Below, piece by piece: positions 27,713 to 35,731 of a stretch of DNA of 35,731 bases. The position numbers and the translations under genes were made by a program. Origin of the DNA: Rubrobacter sp. (GTDB taxonomy: Bacteria; Actinomycetota; Rubrobacteria; Rubrobacterales; Rubrobacteraceae); assembly GCA_035715885.1 (NCBI GenBank), contig DASTKM010000327.1, positions 1 to 35,731 of the forward strand, written 5' to 3'. How positions within the stretch are numbered: position 1 is the first letter of the stretch; each line of letters starts with the position of its first letter. Below the pieces are notes generated by a model, which was not told where the DNA came from, did no database searches, and saw only the letters and a program-made list of their open reading frames with translations.

Positions 27713-28917
27713 GCCGGGGCCGCATAACCGTCGTTGGTCTCGATGGAAGACCTCTCGACGAGGAGATCGCACGTCTGCTTGCGGACGCGGCGCTCGTCGC
27801 CGGCGGCAGGCGGCACCTGGAGATGCTCGGTGTTGAGAGCGACCGTGCCTTGGTCTTGGAGGGAGACCTCTCTGAGGCGCTCGCACGGATCGAAGCTACC
27901 GGTGGTCCCGTGGTCGTGCTCGCATCCGGGGACCCCGGTTTCTTCGGCATCGTGCGCCTGCTCGCCGGGCGCTTTGGGAGGGAAAACCTGCGTATCTGGC
28001 CAGGACTCTCCTCTGTCGCGCTGGCGTTCGCCCGCGCCGGGCTCTCCTGGGACGATGCGGTCACGGTCAGCGCCCACGGCCGGGATCCCCGTCGCGCCGT
28101 CAACGTCTGCCGCGCCCACCCCAAGGCCGCCGTCCTCACCTCCCCGGACTTCGGGCCAGCCGAGCTCGCGGCAGCGCTCGACGGTCTGGGCCGCAGCTTC
28201 GTGGTCGCGGAGAAGCTCGGTGGGCCCCACGAGCGGATCTTCAACGGCGACGCAGGCACGGTCGCCGGCATGGTGTGGGAAGACCCAAACGTGGTACTCG
28301 TGCTCGACGAAGAGAGGATACCGGGCGCCAGAGGTTGGATCTCCTCCAGTCTCCAGAGTCCGCTGCGGTGGGCGCTTCCCGAAGGAGAGTTCGAGCACCG
28401 GTCTGGCATGATCACGAAGTCAGCGACCCGCGCCTTCGTACTCTCACGCCTCGGTCCGGGGCCGGGAGACCTGATCTGGGACATAGGCGCCGGCAGCGGC
28501 TCCGTAGCCATCGAGTGCGCCCGTCTGGGCGCCGCCGCCATCGCCGTCGAAAGCGACCCCGAAAGCTGCGCCCGTATCCGCCGCAACGCCGAACATCACG
28601 GTGTCCGGTTGCAGATCATGGAAGCCACGGCACCGCAAGTCCTGTGGGATCTGTCCGAACCCGACGCCGTCTTCGTTGGCGGGAGTGGCGGAGCCTTCGA
28701 GGAGATCGTCAAGCTCTCCGCCGTTAGGGCGCGCCGGGCGGTCGTGTTGGCCCTCGTCACCCTCGAACGGGTCGTCCCTGCCGCACAGCTCCTCGAAGAT
28801 TGCGGCCTCGAGGCAGAGACCACCTTCCTGCAAGCGTCCGGAATGAAGGGCGTCGGTAATCTGCACCGCCTCGCTGCCGAGAGCGCCATTTTCGTCGTCT
28901 CGGGGAGCCGCACTTGA
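27709..28917 (+). CDS. cobL: Precorrin-6Y C5,15-methyltransferase (CbiE-CbiT fusion)
   Basis: GGRRHL, LASGDPGFFG, SAHGR, MITK..R, WDIGAGSGSVAIE, PDAVFVGG. Confidence 0.94.
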   Translation: MSRGRITVVGLDGRPLDEEIARLLADAALVAGGRRHLEMLGVESDRALVLEGDLSEALARIEATGGPVVVLASGDPGFFGIVRLLAGRFGRENLRIWPGLSSVALAFARAGLSWDDAVTVSAHGRDPRRAVNVCRAHPKAAVLTSPDFGPAELAAALDGLGRSFVVAEKLGGPHERIFNGDAGTVAGMVWEDPNVVLVLDEERIPGARGWISSSLQSPLRWALPEGEFEHRSGMITKSATRAFVLSRLGPGPGDLIWDIGAGSGSVAIECARLGAAAIAVESDPESCARIRRNAEHHGVRLQIMEATAPQVLWDLSEPDAVFVGGSGGAFEEIVKLSAVRARRAVVLALVTLERVVPAAQLLEDCGLEAETTFLQASGMKGVGNLHRLAAESAIFVVSGSRT

Positions 28918-30599
28918 TCGGGCTCATAGCAGCCACCGCTAACGGCCGCCGCAACGCCGCGCATCTCGCCGGCACCTGGCCTGATACGCGCCTCTACGAG
29001 GGCAAGGCGAAAGTAGCTCTCAAGCGGGCCTGGTACGAGTGCGACGGCATCGTGCTCTTCCTCGCCACCGGGGCCGCTCTCCGCCTCCTCGCGCCGCTGC
29101 TCGCAAGCAAACAACAGGATCCCGGCGTGGTCACCGTTGACGACGCCGGCAACTTCGTTGTCGCCCTCTGCGGCGGGCACGAAGGCGGGGCCAACGCCCT
29201 CGCGGCACGGGTCGCGGATACCCTGGGCGGGACGCCGGTGATCACCACCGCAAGCGACTCTGTTGGTTTCCCCGCCCTCGACTCTCTAGGCGATAGGCTA
29301 GGTCTCCGGTTGGAGGGTGACTCGGATCTGGCTTCCGTCGGGGCCGCGCTCGTCTCCGGTGAGAAGGTCAACTTCGTCACAGACAGGCGTTGGCCGCTCG
29401 GACCCCTACCGGAGAACGTCGGAAGGAAAGACGAATGGGAGGCGCCGCTGATCCTCATCTCCGATAGGCTCCTGGAGACGCCCCGTCCTGCTGTGGTCTT
29501 CCGGCCGCCTTCGCTCGTCGCTGGCGTGGGTTGCAGCAGGGGAGTGGACGCGGAAGAGATACTCGAACTGCTCCTTCGCTCCCTGGCGCAAGCTGAATTG
29601 ACCGAGAAGAGCGTCGCGGCCCTCGCCAGCATCGACGTGAAGCGCGACGAGGCTGGAATGCTGCAAGCCGCGGAGAAGCTGGACGTGCCGATCCACTTCC
29701 ATCCGGCCGAAGCGCTCTCTGTGGTCGAGGCGCCCAACCCGTCGGAGCTGGTGCGAGACGCGGTCGGGACGCCGAGCGTCGCGGAGGCCGCGGTGGTGTC
29801 CTCCGGCGCGGAGTTGGTACTCGAGAAGCAGAAATCGGCGAACGCCACGGTCGCTATCGGGCGGCTGCCCGTGCGGGGGAGGCTCGCGCTGGTCAGCCTG
29901 GGACCTGGAGAGGATACGCTTATTCCACCGCTAGCCCGCGAGGCACTCGTCTCTTCTGAGTTTGTCGTGGGACTGGACCAGTACGTTGACCGCATCAGGC
30001 ATCTGCTGCGACCTGGGACGCGGGTGCTCACGCCTCCGCTCGGCAATGAGGTGGAGCGGGCGGAGCTCGCGCTAGCCGAGGCCCGCGCGGGCGGCAGCGT
30101 GGCGCTGGTGTCTAGTGGTGACGTGGGTATCTATGCGATGGCGTCTCCGGGGCTCGAGCTCGCCGACGAGGACGTTGACGTCGTGGTAGTACCTGGGGTA
30201 ACAGCGGCGCAGGCGGCGGCTTCGCTGCTCGGATCGCCGCTCGGGCACGATCACTGTTCGGTGAGCCTCTCCGACCTGCTGACGCCCTGGGGGGTGATCC
30301 AATCCAGGGTCAGGGCTGCGGCCGAGGGAGACTTCGTGGTCTCGCTCTACAACCCACGCTCGAAGGGCCGCGACTGGCAGCTCGGAAAGGTAAAGGAGAT
30401 CCTGCTCGAGCACCGTCCACCTGATACGCCGGTCGGCATAGTAAAGGACGCCTACCGCCAGACACAGCGGGTCATCCTCACCGACCTCGCTTCTCTGCGT
30501 CAGGAAGATGTGGACATGCTGACCATCGTCCTCGTCGGAAGCTCCCAGACCAGGGTAGTCGCCGGCCGCATGGTTACCCCACGGGGTTACCTATCATGA
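28914..30599 (+). CDS. cobJ: CbiG-CobJ/CbiH fusion (precorrin-5A hydrolase plus precorrin-3B C17-methyltransferase)
   Basis: N-terminal K..DPGVV.VD, GGHEGGAN, ITTAS, GVGC, SVAEAA; C-terminal VSSGDVGIYAM, GSPLGHD, SLSDLLTPW, YNPRS, TPRGY. Confidence 0.94.
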   Translation: MIGLIAATANGRRNAAHLAGTWPDTRLYEGKAKVALKRAWYECDGIVLFLATGAALRLLAPLLASKQQDPGVVTVDDAGNFVVALCGGHEGGANALAARVADTLGGTPVITTASDSVGFPALDSLGDRLGLRLEGDSDLASVGAALVSGEKVNFVTDRRWPLGPLPENVGRKDEWEAPLILISDRLLETPRPAVVFRPPSLVAGVGCSRGVDAEEILELLLRSLAQAELTEKSVAALASIDVKRDEAGMLQAAEKLDVPIHFHPAEALSVVEAPNPSELVRDAVGTPSVAEAAVVSSGAELVLEKQKSANATVAIGRLPVRGRLALVSLGPGEDTLIPPLAREALVSSEFVVGLDQYVDRIRHLLRPGTRVLTPPLGNEVERAELALAEARAGGSVALVSSGDVGIYAMASPGLELADEDVDVVVVPGVTAAQAAASLLGSPLGHDHCSVSLSDLLTPWGVIQSRVRAAAEGDFVVSLYNPRSKGRDWQLGKVKEILLEHRPPDTPVGIVKDAYRQTQRVILTDLASLRQEDVDMLTIVLVGSSQTRVVAGRMVTPRGYLS

Positions 30600-30799
30600 A
30601 GGCAGTCTTCGCCGTGACAGAAGCCTGCGCCGGTTGCGGAGCGTGCATAAAGACCTGCCCGGAGAAGGCGATCCTTCCTGCTCCCAGGGACTATGGTGCG
30701 CCCCTCCTCGTCCTCGAAGACCGCTGTTCGGGATGCGCCGAATGCGCCGAGATCTGTCCGGTCTCGGCGTGCATCGAGGTATTGCTGGAGGCCGAATGA
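30596..30799 (+). CDS. 2[4Fe-4S] ferredoxin
   Basis: Two CxxCxxCxxxCP motifs; ATGA overlaps at both ends. Confidence 0.93.
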   Translation: MKAVFAVTEACAGCGACIKTCPEKAILPAPRDYGAPLLVLEDRCSGCAECAEICPVSACIEVLLEAE

Positions 30800-31380
30800 G
30801 GCACGTCCATCCAATAGAGACGGAGAGCTACCGCATCCTGCGCGGGATGGTCGATCTCTCGTACCTGGGACCCCTCTCTCGCGCCGTCGCGGAACGGGTC
30901 ATCCATGCCTCGGCGGATCTGGACTACGCAGAGAACCTCGTCCTCGACGAGACAGCCCTGGAAAGGGGAATCTCAGCGCTGCGGCGAGACGGACCCGTCG
31001 TTACAGACGTGGGGATGGTGGCGGCCGGGATCACAGGCCGCCAGACGCTGTGCTTGATCTCCGACCCCCGCGCCAAAGACCTATCCGAACAGCTTGGCAT
31101 AACGCGTTCGGCGGCGGGCTTCAGGGTCGCTGCGGAGGAGGTCGGCAAAGGAGCCGTCTGGATCGTCGGGAATGCGCCTACGGCGCTCTTCGAGCTGCTC
31201 GGGCTCGACGTTGATCCCGATCTCGTGATCGGTCTTCCCGTCGGCTTCGTCGGGGCCGCCGAGTCGAAGGAGGAGCTCGTAGCCAGCGGTCTGCCTGCCG
31301 TCGCGAACAGGGGACCGAAAGGCGGTTCTGCGGTCGCAGCAGCGGCTGTGAACGCTCTCATCTATTACGAGGAGAAATAA
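30796..31380 (+). CDS. cobH: Precorrin-8X methylmutase (CobH/CbiC)
   Basis: HPIE.ESY, RVIHASAD, TRSAA, GNAPTAL, GLPVGFVGAAESK, GPKGGS; start at ATG 30796. Confidence 0.95.
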   Translation: MRHVHPIETESYRILRGMVDLSYLGPLSRAVAERVIHASADLDYAENLVLDETALERGISALRRDGPVVTDVGMVAAGITGRQTLCLISDPRAKDLSEQLGITRSAAGFRVAAEEVGKGAVWIVGNAPTALFELLGLDVDPDLVIGLPVGFVGAAESKEELVASGLPAVANRGPKGGSAVAAAAVNALIYYEEK

Positions 31381-31381
31381 T

Positions 31382-32302
31382 ATGAGGCGACCTGTAGGTA
31401 TCGAAATAAGGGAAACCTACGGAGACGCCCCGGCGCTGCTGATCGTAGGCCACGGCAGCCGCGACTCACGCGGGGCAGCCGAGTTCCACGACCTGGTCGA
31501 CCTGGTGCGCAGGCGAAACCCATCCCTGACGGTCGAGGGAGGCTTTATCGAGCTCTCGCGCCCACCAATCTCGGAGTGCGTGGACCGGCTCGCCGACAGG
31601 GGGGCAAGGAACGCCGCCGCCGTCCCGCTGATGCTCCTGGCCGCAGGTCACGCCAAGGACGACATCCCAGCGACACTGGTGCGCGAGAAGATGGGCCACC
31701 CCGAAATGAGCTTCAACTACGGTCGCGCCCTCGGTATAAGGCCCGAGCTTCTCGAACTGATGGACGAGAGGATCTCCACCGTCGTCCTCGAGGAGGAGAA
31801 GGGTGAGACAGCGGTTCTCGTCGTGGGGCGCGGCTCCTCCGATCCCGACGCCAACTCGGACCTCTCCAAGATAGCCCGCCTGTTCTACGAGGGACGCCCT
31901 TACCCCGTAGTCGAGAGTGCTTACGTCAGCATGACGCAGCCCGACGTTGCGGAAGGGCTGGATCGCTGCCTCAAACTCGGCGCCAGGCACGTCGTGGTCT
32001 TCTCCTACTTCCTCTTTACCGGCGTCCTCGAGCAACGTATCCGCGGGCAGGGCGAAGCATTCGCCCTGGCGAACCCCGGCGTCGAGTTGCGCTACGCAGG
32101 GTACTTCGGGCCTGACGAGCTGGTGGCTGACCTTGTGGTCGAGCGTTATACAGAGGCCGTGGAAGGGGACATCCGCATGAACTGCGACGTGTGCGTCCAC
32201 CGCGTCGCCCTGCCTGGCTTCGAGGAGAAGGTCGGCGCCCCGGCAACGCCCCACTACCACCCTGATGAACCCGGGCGCCACCAGCATGGCCACCATCACT
32301 AG
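31382..32302 (+). CDS. cbiX: Long-form sirohydrochlorin cobaltochelatase CbiX
   Basis: VGHGSR, AAGHAKDDIP, GRGSSDPDAN, YFLFTG, C-terminal MNCDVC Fe-S motif and His-rich tail. Confidence 0.92.
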   Translation: MRRPVGIEIRETYGDAPALLIVGHGSRDSRGAAEFHDLVDLVRRRNPSLTVEGGFIELSRPPISECVDRLADRGARNAAAVPLMLLAAGHAKDDIPATLVREKMGHPEMSFNYGRALGIRPELLELMDERISTVVLEEEKGETAVLVVGRGSSDPDANSDLSKIARLFYEGRPYPVVESAYVSMTQPDVAEGLDRCLKLGARHVVVFSYFLFTGVLEQRIRGQGEAFALANPGVELRYAGYFGPDELVADLVVERYTEAVEGDIRMNCDVCVHRVALPGFEEKVGAPATPHYHPDEPGRHQHGHHH

Positions 32303-32304
32303 CC

Positions 32305-33366
32305 GTGGCCCTCGAAGACCGCCTACTGGAGCTCGCTGGGGAGATACTACCGCCCGACGAGACCGCAGCCGAAGAAGCGCGAAACCGACACCTCGGGCTT
32401 ACCAAACCGCCCTCTAGCCTGGGAGTGCTGGAGGAACTCGGCGCGCGGCTCGCTGGGATGGCAGGTGATTGCCCGCCGCCCGTACCTGAGAGCCCTGCCG
32501 TAGTTGTCTGTGCCGGCGACCACGGCGTACTCGACCGCGGTGTCTCGCCCTGGCCGCGGGAGGTTACGGCGGCGATGGTGAGTAACTTCTGCGCAGGAGG
32601 GGCGGCGGTAAACGCCATCGCGAAGACGGTGGGGGCGAGAGTGAGCGTTCTCGACGTCGGGGTCGCCGGGGAGTTGGAGAGACACCCTCTGCTGCGAGCC
32701 GCGAAGGTGCGACGCGGGACAGGCGACCTGAGTCGCGGGCCTGCGATGAGCCGCGAGGAGGCAGCGCGGGCTGTGATGGCGGGGGCGGGAGTCGCGGAGG
32801 AACTCGTCGAGAGCGGTGGGGTGGATCTCCTGGTTACGGGCGACATGGGCATCGGGAACACCACGCCGGCTGCTTGCCTCATCTCCGCTTTCGCGGGAAG
32901 CCCGCCCGAGGAGACCACGGGCCGGGGCACGGGCATCGACGATCAGACTCTGAAGCTCAAGGTCAACGTGGTAGAAGAGGCACTGGAGTTGCACTCGCCA
33001 GACCCCGAAGACCCACTTGGGGTTCTTGCGCAGATCGGTGGTCTGGAGCACGCTGCCATCGTCGGAGTGATCCTGACCGGCGCCATCTACGGCATCCCCG
33101 TCATACTCGACGGCGTAGTCTCGGACTCCGCCGCGCTCGTGGCCTGCGCCATCGCTCCGCACTCGGCGGGATACGTAATCGCGGGCCACCGCTCTGCCGA
33201 GCCAGGGGCTCGAATCGTCCTGGAGTCTCTGAAACTGGAACCACTCCTCGACCTGGACATGCGTCTCGGCGAAGGGACAGGAGGCCTGCTCGCCGTGCCG
33301 CTCGTGCAAGCAGCGGCCCGGATGCTCGCGGAGATGGCGACGCTCGAGGAGTTGGGCATTGGTTGA
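32305..33366 (+). CDS. cobT: Nicotinate-nucleotide:dimethylbenzimidazole phosphoribosyltransferase
   Basis: LTKPP.SLG.LE, AGDHGV, GDMGIGNTT, GRGTG, GGLE, HRSAEPG, MRLGEGTG. Confidence 0.96.
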   Translation: MALEDRLLELAGEILPPDETAAEEARNRHLGLTKPPSSLGVLEELGARLAGMAGDCPPPVPESPAVVVCAGDHGVLDRGVSPWPREVTAAMVSNFCAGGAAVNAIAKTVGARVSVLDVGVAGELERHPLLRAAKVRRGTGDLSRGPAMSREEAARAVMAGAGVAEELVESGGVDLLVTGDMGIGNTTPAACLISAFAGSPPEETTGRGTGIDDQTLKLKVNVVEEALELHSPDPEDPLGVLAQIGGLEHAAIVGVILTGAIYGIPVILDGVVSDSAALVACAIAPHSAGYVIAGHRSAEPGARIVLESLKLEPLLDLDMRLGEGTGGLLAVPLVQAAARMLAEMATLEELGIG

Positions 33367-34192
33367 GCCTCTAGAGCGGGGATACATCGAGGCCTTGAGA
33401 AGTCCGCTTGCCCGGGTCGTCGAGGTTCATGGGGCGTTGGGCTCGACCCAGGAGCGCGCCCGCGAGCTTGCCCATGCTGGAACACCTCACGGAACGCTCA
33501 TCGTCGCGGAGATCCAGACCGGGGGACGAGGCCGGCTCGGACGCCCCTGGGGATCTCCGATGGGTGGGTTATGGATCTCACTTGTGCTGCGTCCCGAATT
33601 CGCTGCGAGTCTCGCTTCTCGCATCACCCAGACCGCGTCTGTAGGAGTTGCGAAGGCATTGTGGGAGGTTGGGGTAGAAGCACGCATCAAGTGGCCCAAC
33701 GACCTGCTCGCTCACGGAAAGAAGATCTGCGGTATCCTCGCCGAGTCGAGCGCGGGGAACGTCACAGGACCGGCAAGTGAGAGGTACCTCGACTACGTCA
33801 TCCTCGGGGTGGGGATGAATGCCAATTTCGACCCGGCCGAGCTCGCGGTCCCTGACCGCGAGGTCACCACGATCCGTTACGAGTTGGGCCGTGACGTGAA
33901 CCTACTAGACCTGCTCCGCGCTCTACTTTCGAACCTCGAGACCGAGCTCGGCAGGATCGAGGACTTCGGCGCCGTACTCGAGGATTGGCGTAACGTGAAC
34001 TGTACCCTTGGGGAGAGGGTGCGTATTCTCCGTCTGGGCGAGACCATCGAAGGCAGGGCTGTGGACCTGACTGCAGAGGGCGCTCTATTGCTCGTTACCC
34101 GACGGGGCACCGTGGAGGTGTTCGAAGGTGAGATCGAACACCTCAGTCAAGGAGTCGAGGTAAGGAGCCAGCTCGACCCAGGTCCTACTTGA
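33359..34192 (+). CDS. birA: Biotin-protein ligase without N-terminal HTH
   Basis: QTGGRGRLGRPW, KWPND, KKICGILAE, GVGMN; TTG start overlapping the end of cobT. Confidence 0.93.
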   Translation: MVEPLERGYIEALRSPLARVVEVHGALGSTQERARELAHAGTPHGTLIVAEIQTGGRGRLGRPWGSPMGGLWISLVLRPEFAASLASRITQTASVGVAKALWEVGVEARIKWPNDLLAHGKKICGILAESSAGNVTGPASERYLDYVILGVGMNANFDPAELAVPDREVTTIRYELGRDVNLLDLLRALLSNLETELGRIEDFGAVLEDWRNVNCTLGERVRILRLGETIEGRAVDLTAEGALLLVTRRGTVEVFEGEIEHLSQGVEVRSQLDPGPT

Positions 34193-34244
34193 GTGGGAGG
34201 CATCAGGCCACAGGTATCTTGAGACGTGCCAATCAGGCGCGCTT

Positions 34245-34355
34245 TTGATCCGGCTGCCCAAAGAGGAGGAGAAGCTGATCGAGAAGTTCGGAGACGAGTA
34301 CTGAAGCTACATGAAGCGCACCGGGCGGCTCTTACCACGCATAGAGCGAGATTAG
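34245..34355 (+). pseudogene. 3' fragment of an isoprenylcysteine carboxyl methyltransferase (ICMT/PEMT)-family gene
   Basis: Translates [31 protein letters not shown], the family's C-terminal EE..L...FG..Y..Y....R..P motif, with in-frame TGA at 34302-34304 and no 5' part. Confidence 0.75.
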
Positions 34356-34514
34356 AGCGGGAGCCGTGGTTCCCGGTCCGGCTGATTATGTATCGGTTGA
34401 AACATCAAGGGGTTACACATCGCTCGCTCTTACCAAATCTGCTTCTGTGAGAAATCCTGTGGCCCGAGACCTGTGCCTTTTCTGTGCGGAGGGTCAGTTC
34501 TTTCGCACAGCGCT

Positions 34515-34769
34515 TCAGGCAGTAGGCATCTCCTCGTCTTCTTCATCCTCTTCCAGGACCGCAACCGAGGTCGCTCTGAAGATCAGGATCTTACCCCTCT
34601 CGGGGAAGTCCACGATCTCCACGTCCCCGGTTACGGCTATCTGGTCCCCTATGAGCTCATCAGCATCCTGTACGGCCGACATGTCTATCTCCGTCTCCAG
34701 AACATACCCCGTATGCTCCTCTCCGGCTTCCGTACTCGCGCGCTTGAGCTGTCCTTCGAAGTAGGCCAC
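34515..34769 (-). CDS. Small acidic hypothetical protein
   Basis: 84 aa, GTG start with GGAAAGGGG RBS, coding-like codon usage. Confidence 0.75.
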   Translation of the reverse strand: MAYFEGQLKRASTEAGEEHTGYVLETEIDMSAVQDADELIGDQIAVTGDVEIVDFPERGKILIFRATSVAVLEEDEEDEEMPTA

Positions 34770-35078
34770 GGCCGATCCCCTTTCCGATTGTCAGTGGGGA
34801 CATAGTACCCTTATTCGCGAACGAGGACCGGGGCACCGTTCTCTGTGCCGGCACGGCCAGAGCCTATGACCACAGATCGCGCGTCTGGAAGGGTTCGGGC
34901 CTCCGACACGTAAACCGGGAATGCGCCCAGACGCGATTCTAGCTGCGGGACGCGAAACCCTACAAGAAGGGCGCTTCAGGCAGGGCCGGTTGCGATTTCA
35001 TGGCTCGTAGGATTTAATACTCTCCTGGGCAGGAGCCTCGACCCTGGATCGGGCATCGTTGGGAGGCAGATAAGAGGG

Positions 35079-35731
35079 ATGAACGCAACGTTGATGTATG
35101 TCGGCATCGGGGCCGTACTTGCTACAGGCGTGGCGATTCTCACTATAGCTGTCCTATTCTTGCAGACCGCACGCCGCTACGTCGACCTGACCGAGAGACG
35201 CCTGGAGCTCCTGCGAGAAGGGGAAGCGTTCCTGCTCAACCTCGTGCAGCGGCAGGGCCAGGCTTTGGAGCGGGAAGCGGAGCGACGCGAGAAGGCCCCC
35301 GAGATGGTCGGAAATCCTCGTGGACGGCAGCAGGGCGAAGAATCCACTGGCAGCCGGCGGTCTGAAGGGTTGAACCAGCGCGTCCAGGAAACGCCGTATA
35401 CGGGCAGCTCCTCTGAAGTAGAAGATGAAGAGCAGAGGCGGGAGCGGACACCGAAGCCGGACCCAGCGCCGGCGCGGCCCAAAGACAATGCGCCGCGGCT
35501 TGGAGTTCAGGTGCCTCACCCTGACGACGATGTGCCCGGACGCGGCTGGAACAACTCACCGGCCAAGTTCTTCCAGAAGTGCTACGACAGATACCTTGAG
35601 CATTACGAGGGCTACGTAAGGCTCGCCGAGCGGCTTCACCAGATGCGCGACGAGGCCGATGCGGCTCCTGGCAGCCTTGGGGAGTGGGAGGACAAGCTCC
35701 GCCGGGCATACGACGCCATAGAGCGGACTAC
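35079..35731 (+). CDS. Hypothetical protein with N-terminal TM helix, 3'-truncated by the window edge
   Basis: Manual translation MNATLMYVGIGAVLATGVAILTIAVLFLQTARRYVDL... has no stop to the window end; GGAGG/AGAGGG upstream; absent from the ORF track. Confidence 0.75.
   Translation, partial: MNATLMYVGIGAVLATGVAILTIAVLFLQTARRYVDLTERRLELLREGEAFLLNLVQRQGQALEREAERREKAPEMVGNPRGRQQGEESTGSRRSEGLNQRVQETPYTGSSSEVEDEEQRRERTPKPDPAPARPKDNAPRLGVQVPHPDDDVPGRGWNNSPAKFFQKCYDRYLEHYEGYVRLAERLHQMRDEADAAPGSLGEWEDKLRRAYDAIERT

Noticed and set aside
34226-34450. 74-aa ORF in the track
   Set aside because: A different frame carries the recognisable ICMT-like remnant; this frame has no motif.
34990-35018. TTGCGA-N17-TTTAAT promoter for the last ORF
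   Set aside because: The -10 lacks the key second-position A; too weak to call.

Overview
GC-rich actinobacterial-type chromosomal segment; gene style is suggestive of Rubrobacteria, but that is inference only. Left: ybaB-recR, a DUF1998 (MrfA/Hrq1-like) helicase coupled to a TIGR00725/LOG-type protein, an SDR, and an IlvD/Edd sugar-acid dehydratase. Middle (6.4-13.95 kb): two convergent operons. One is two cytoplasmic S1C/HtrA-PDZ proteases plus a pseudo-receiver LuxR regulator. The other is a soluble Cys-motif GAF histidine kinase, a NarL response regulator, an SDR and a divergent QueA-like protein. The upstream regions of both operons carry a near-identical 21-bp motif (19/21), which makes this the best candidate for an undescribed regulatory/enzymatic system. 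Right: dedA, then a cobalamin riboswitch heading a ~19 kb, 17-gene cob/cbi operon. It mixes late (CobN+ChlID) and early (CbiX, CbiD, CbiG) cobalt-insertion components, lacks cobG/cobF/cobK, includes a ferredoxin and ends in birA. The window closes with an ICMT-family pseudogene fragment, a small acidic ORF and a truncated membrane-anchored ORF. No rRNA, tRNA, CRISPR array or transposase was seen. All family calls come from motif recognition, not database searches.
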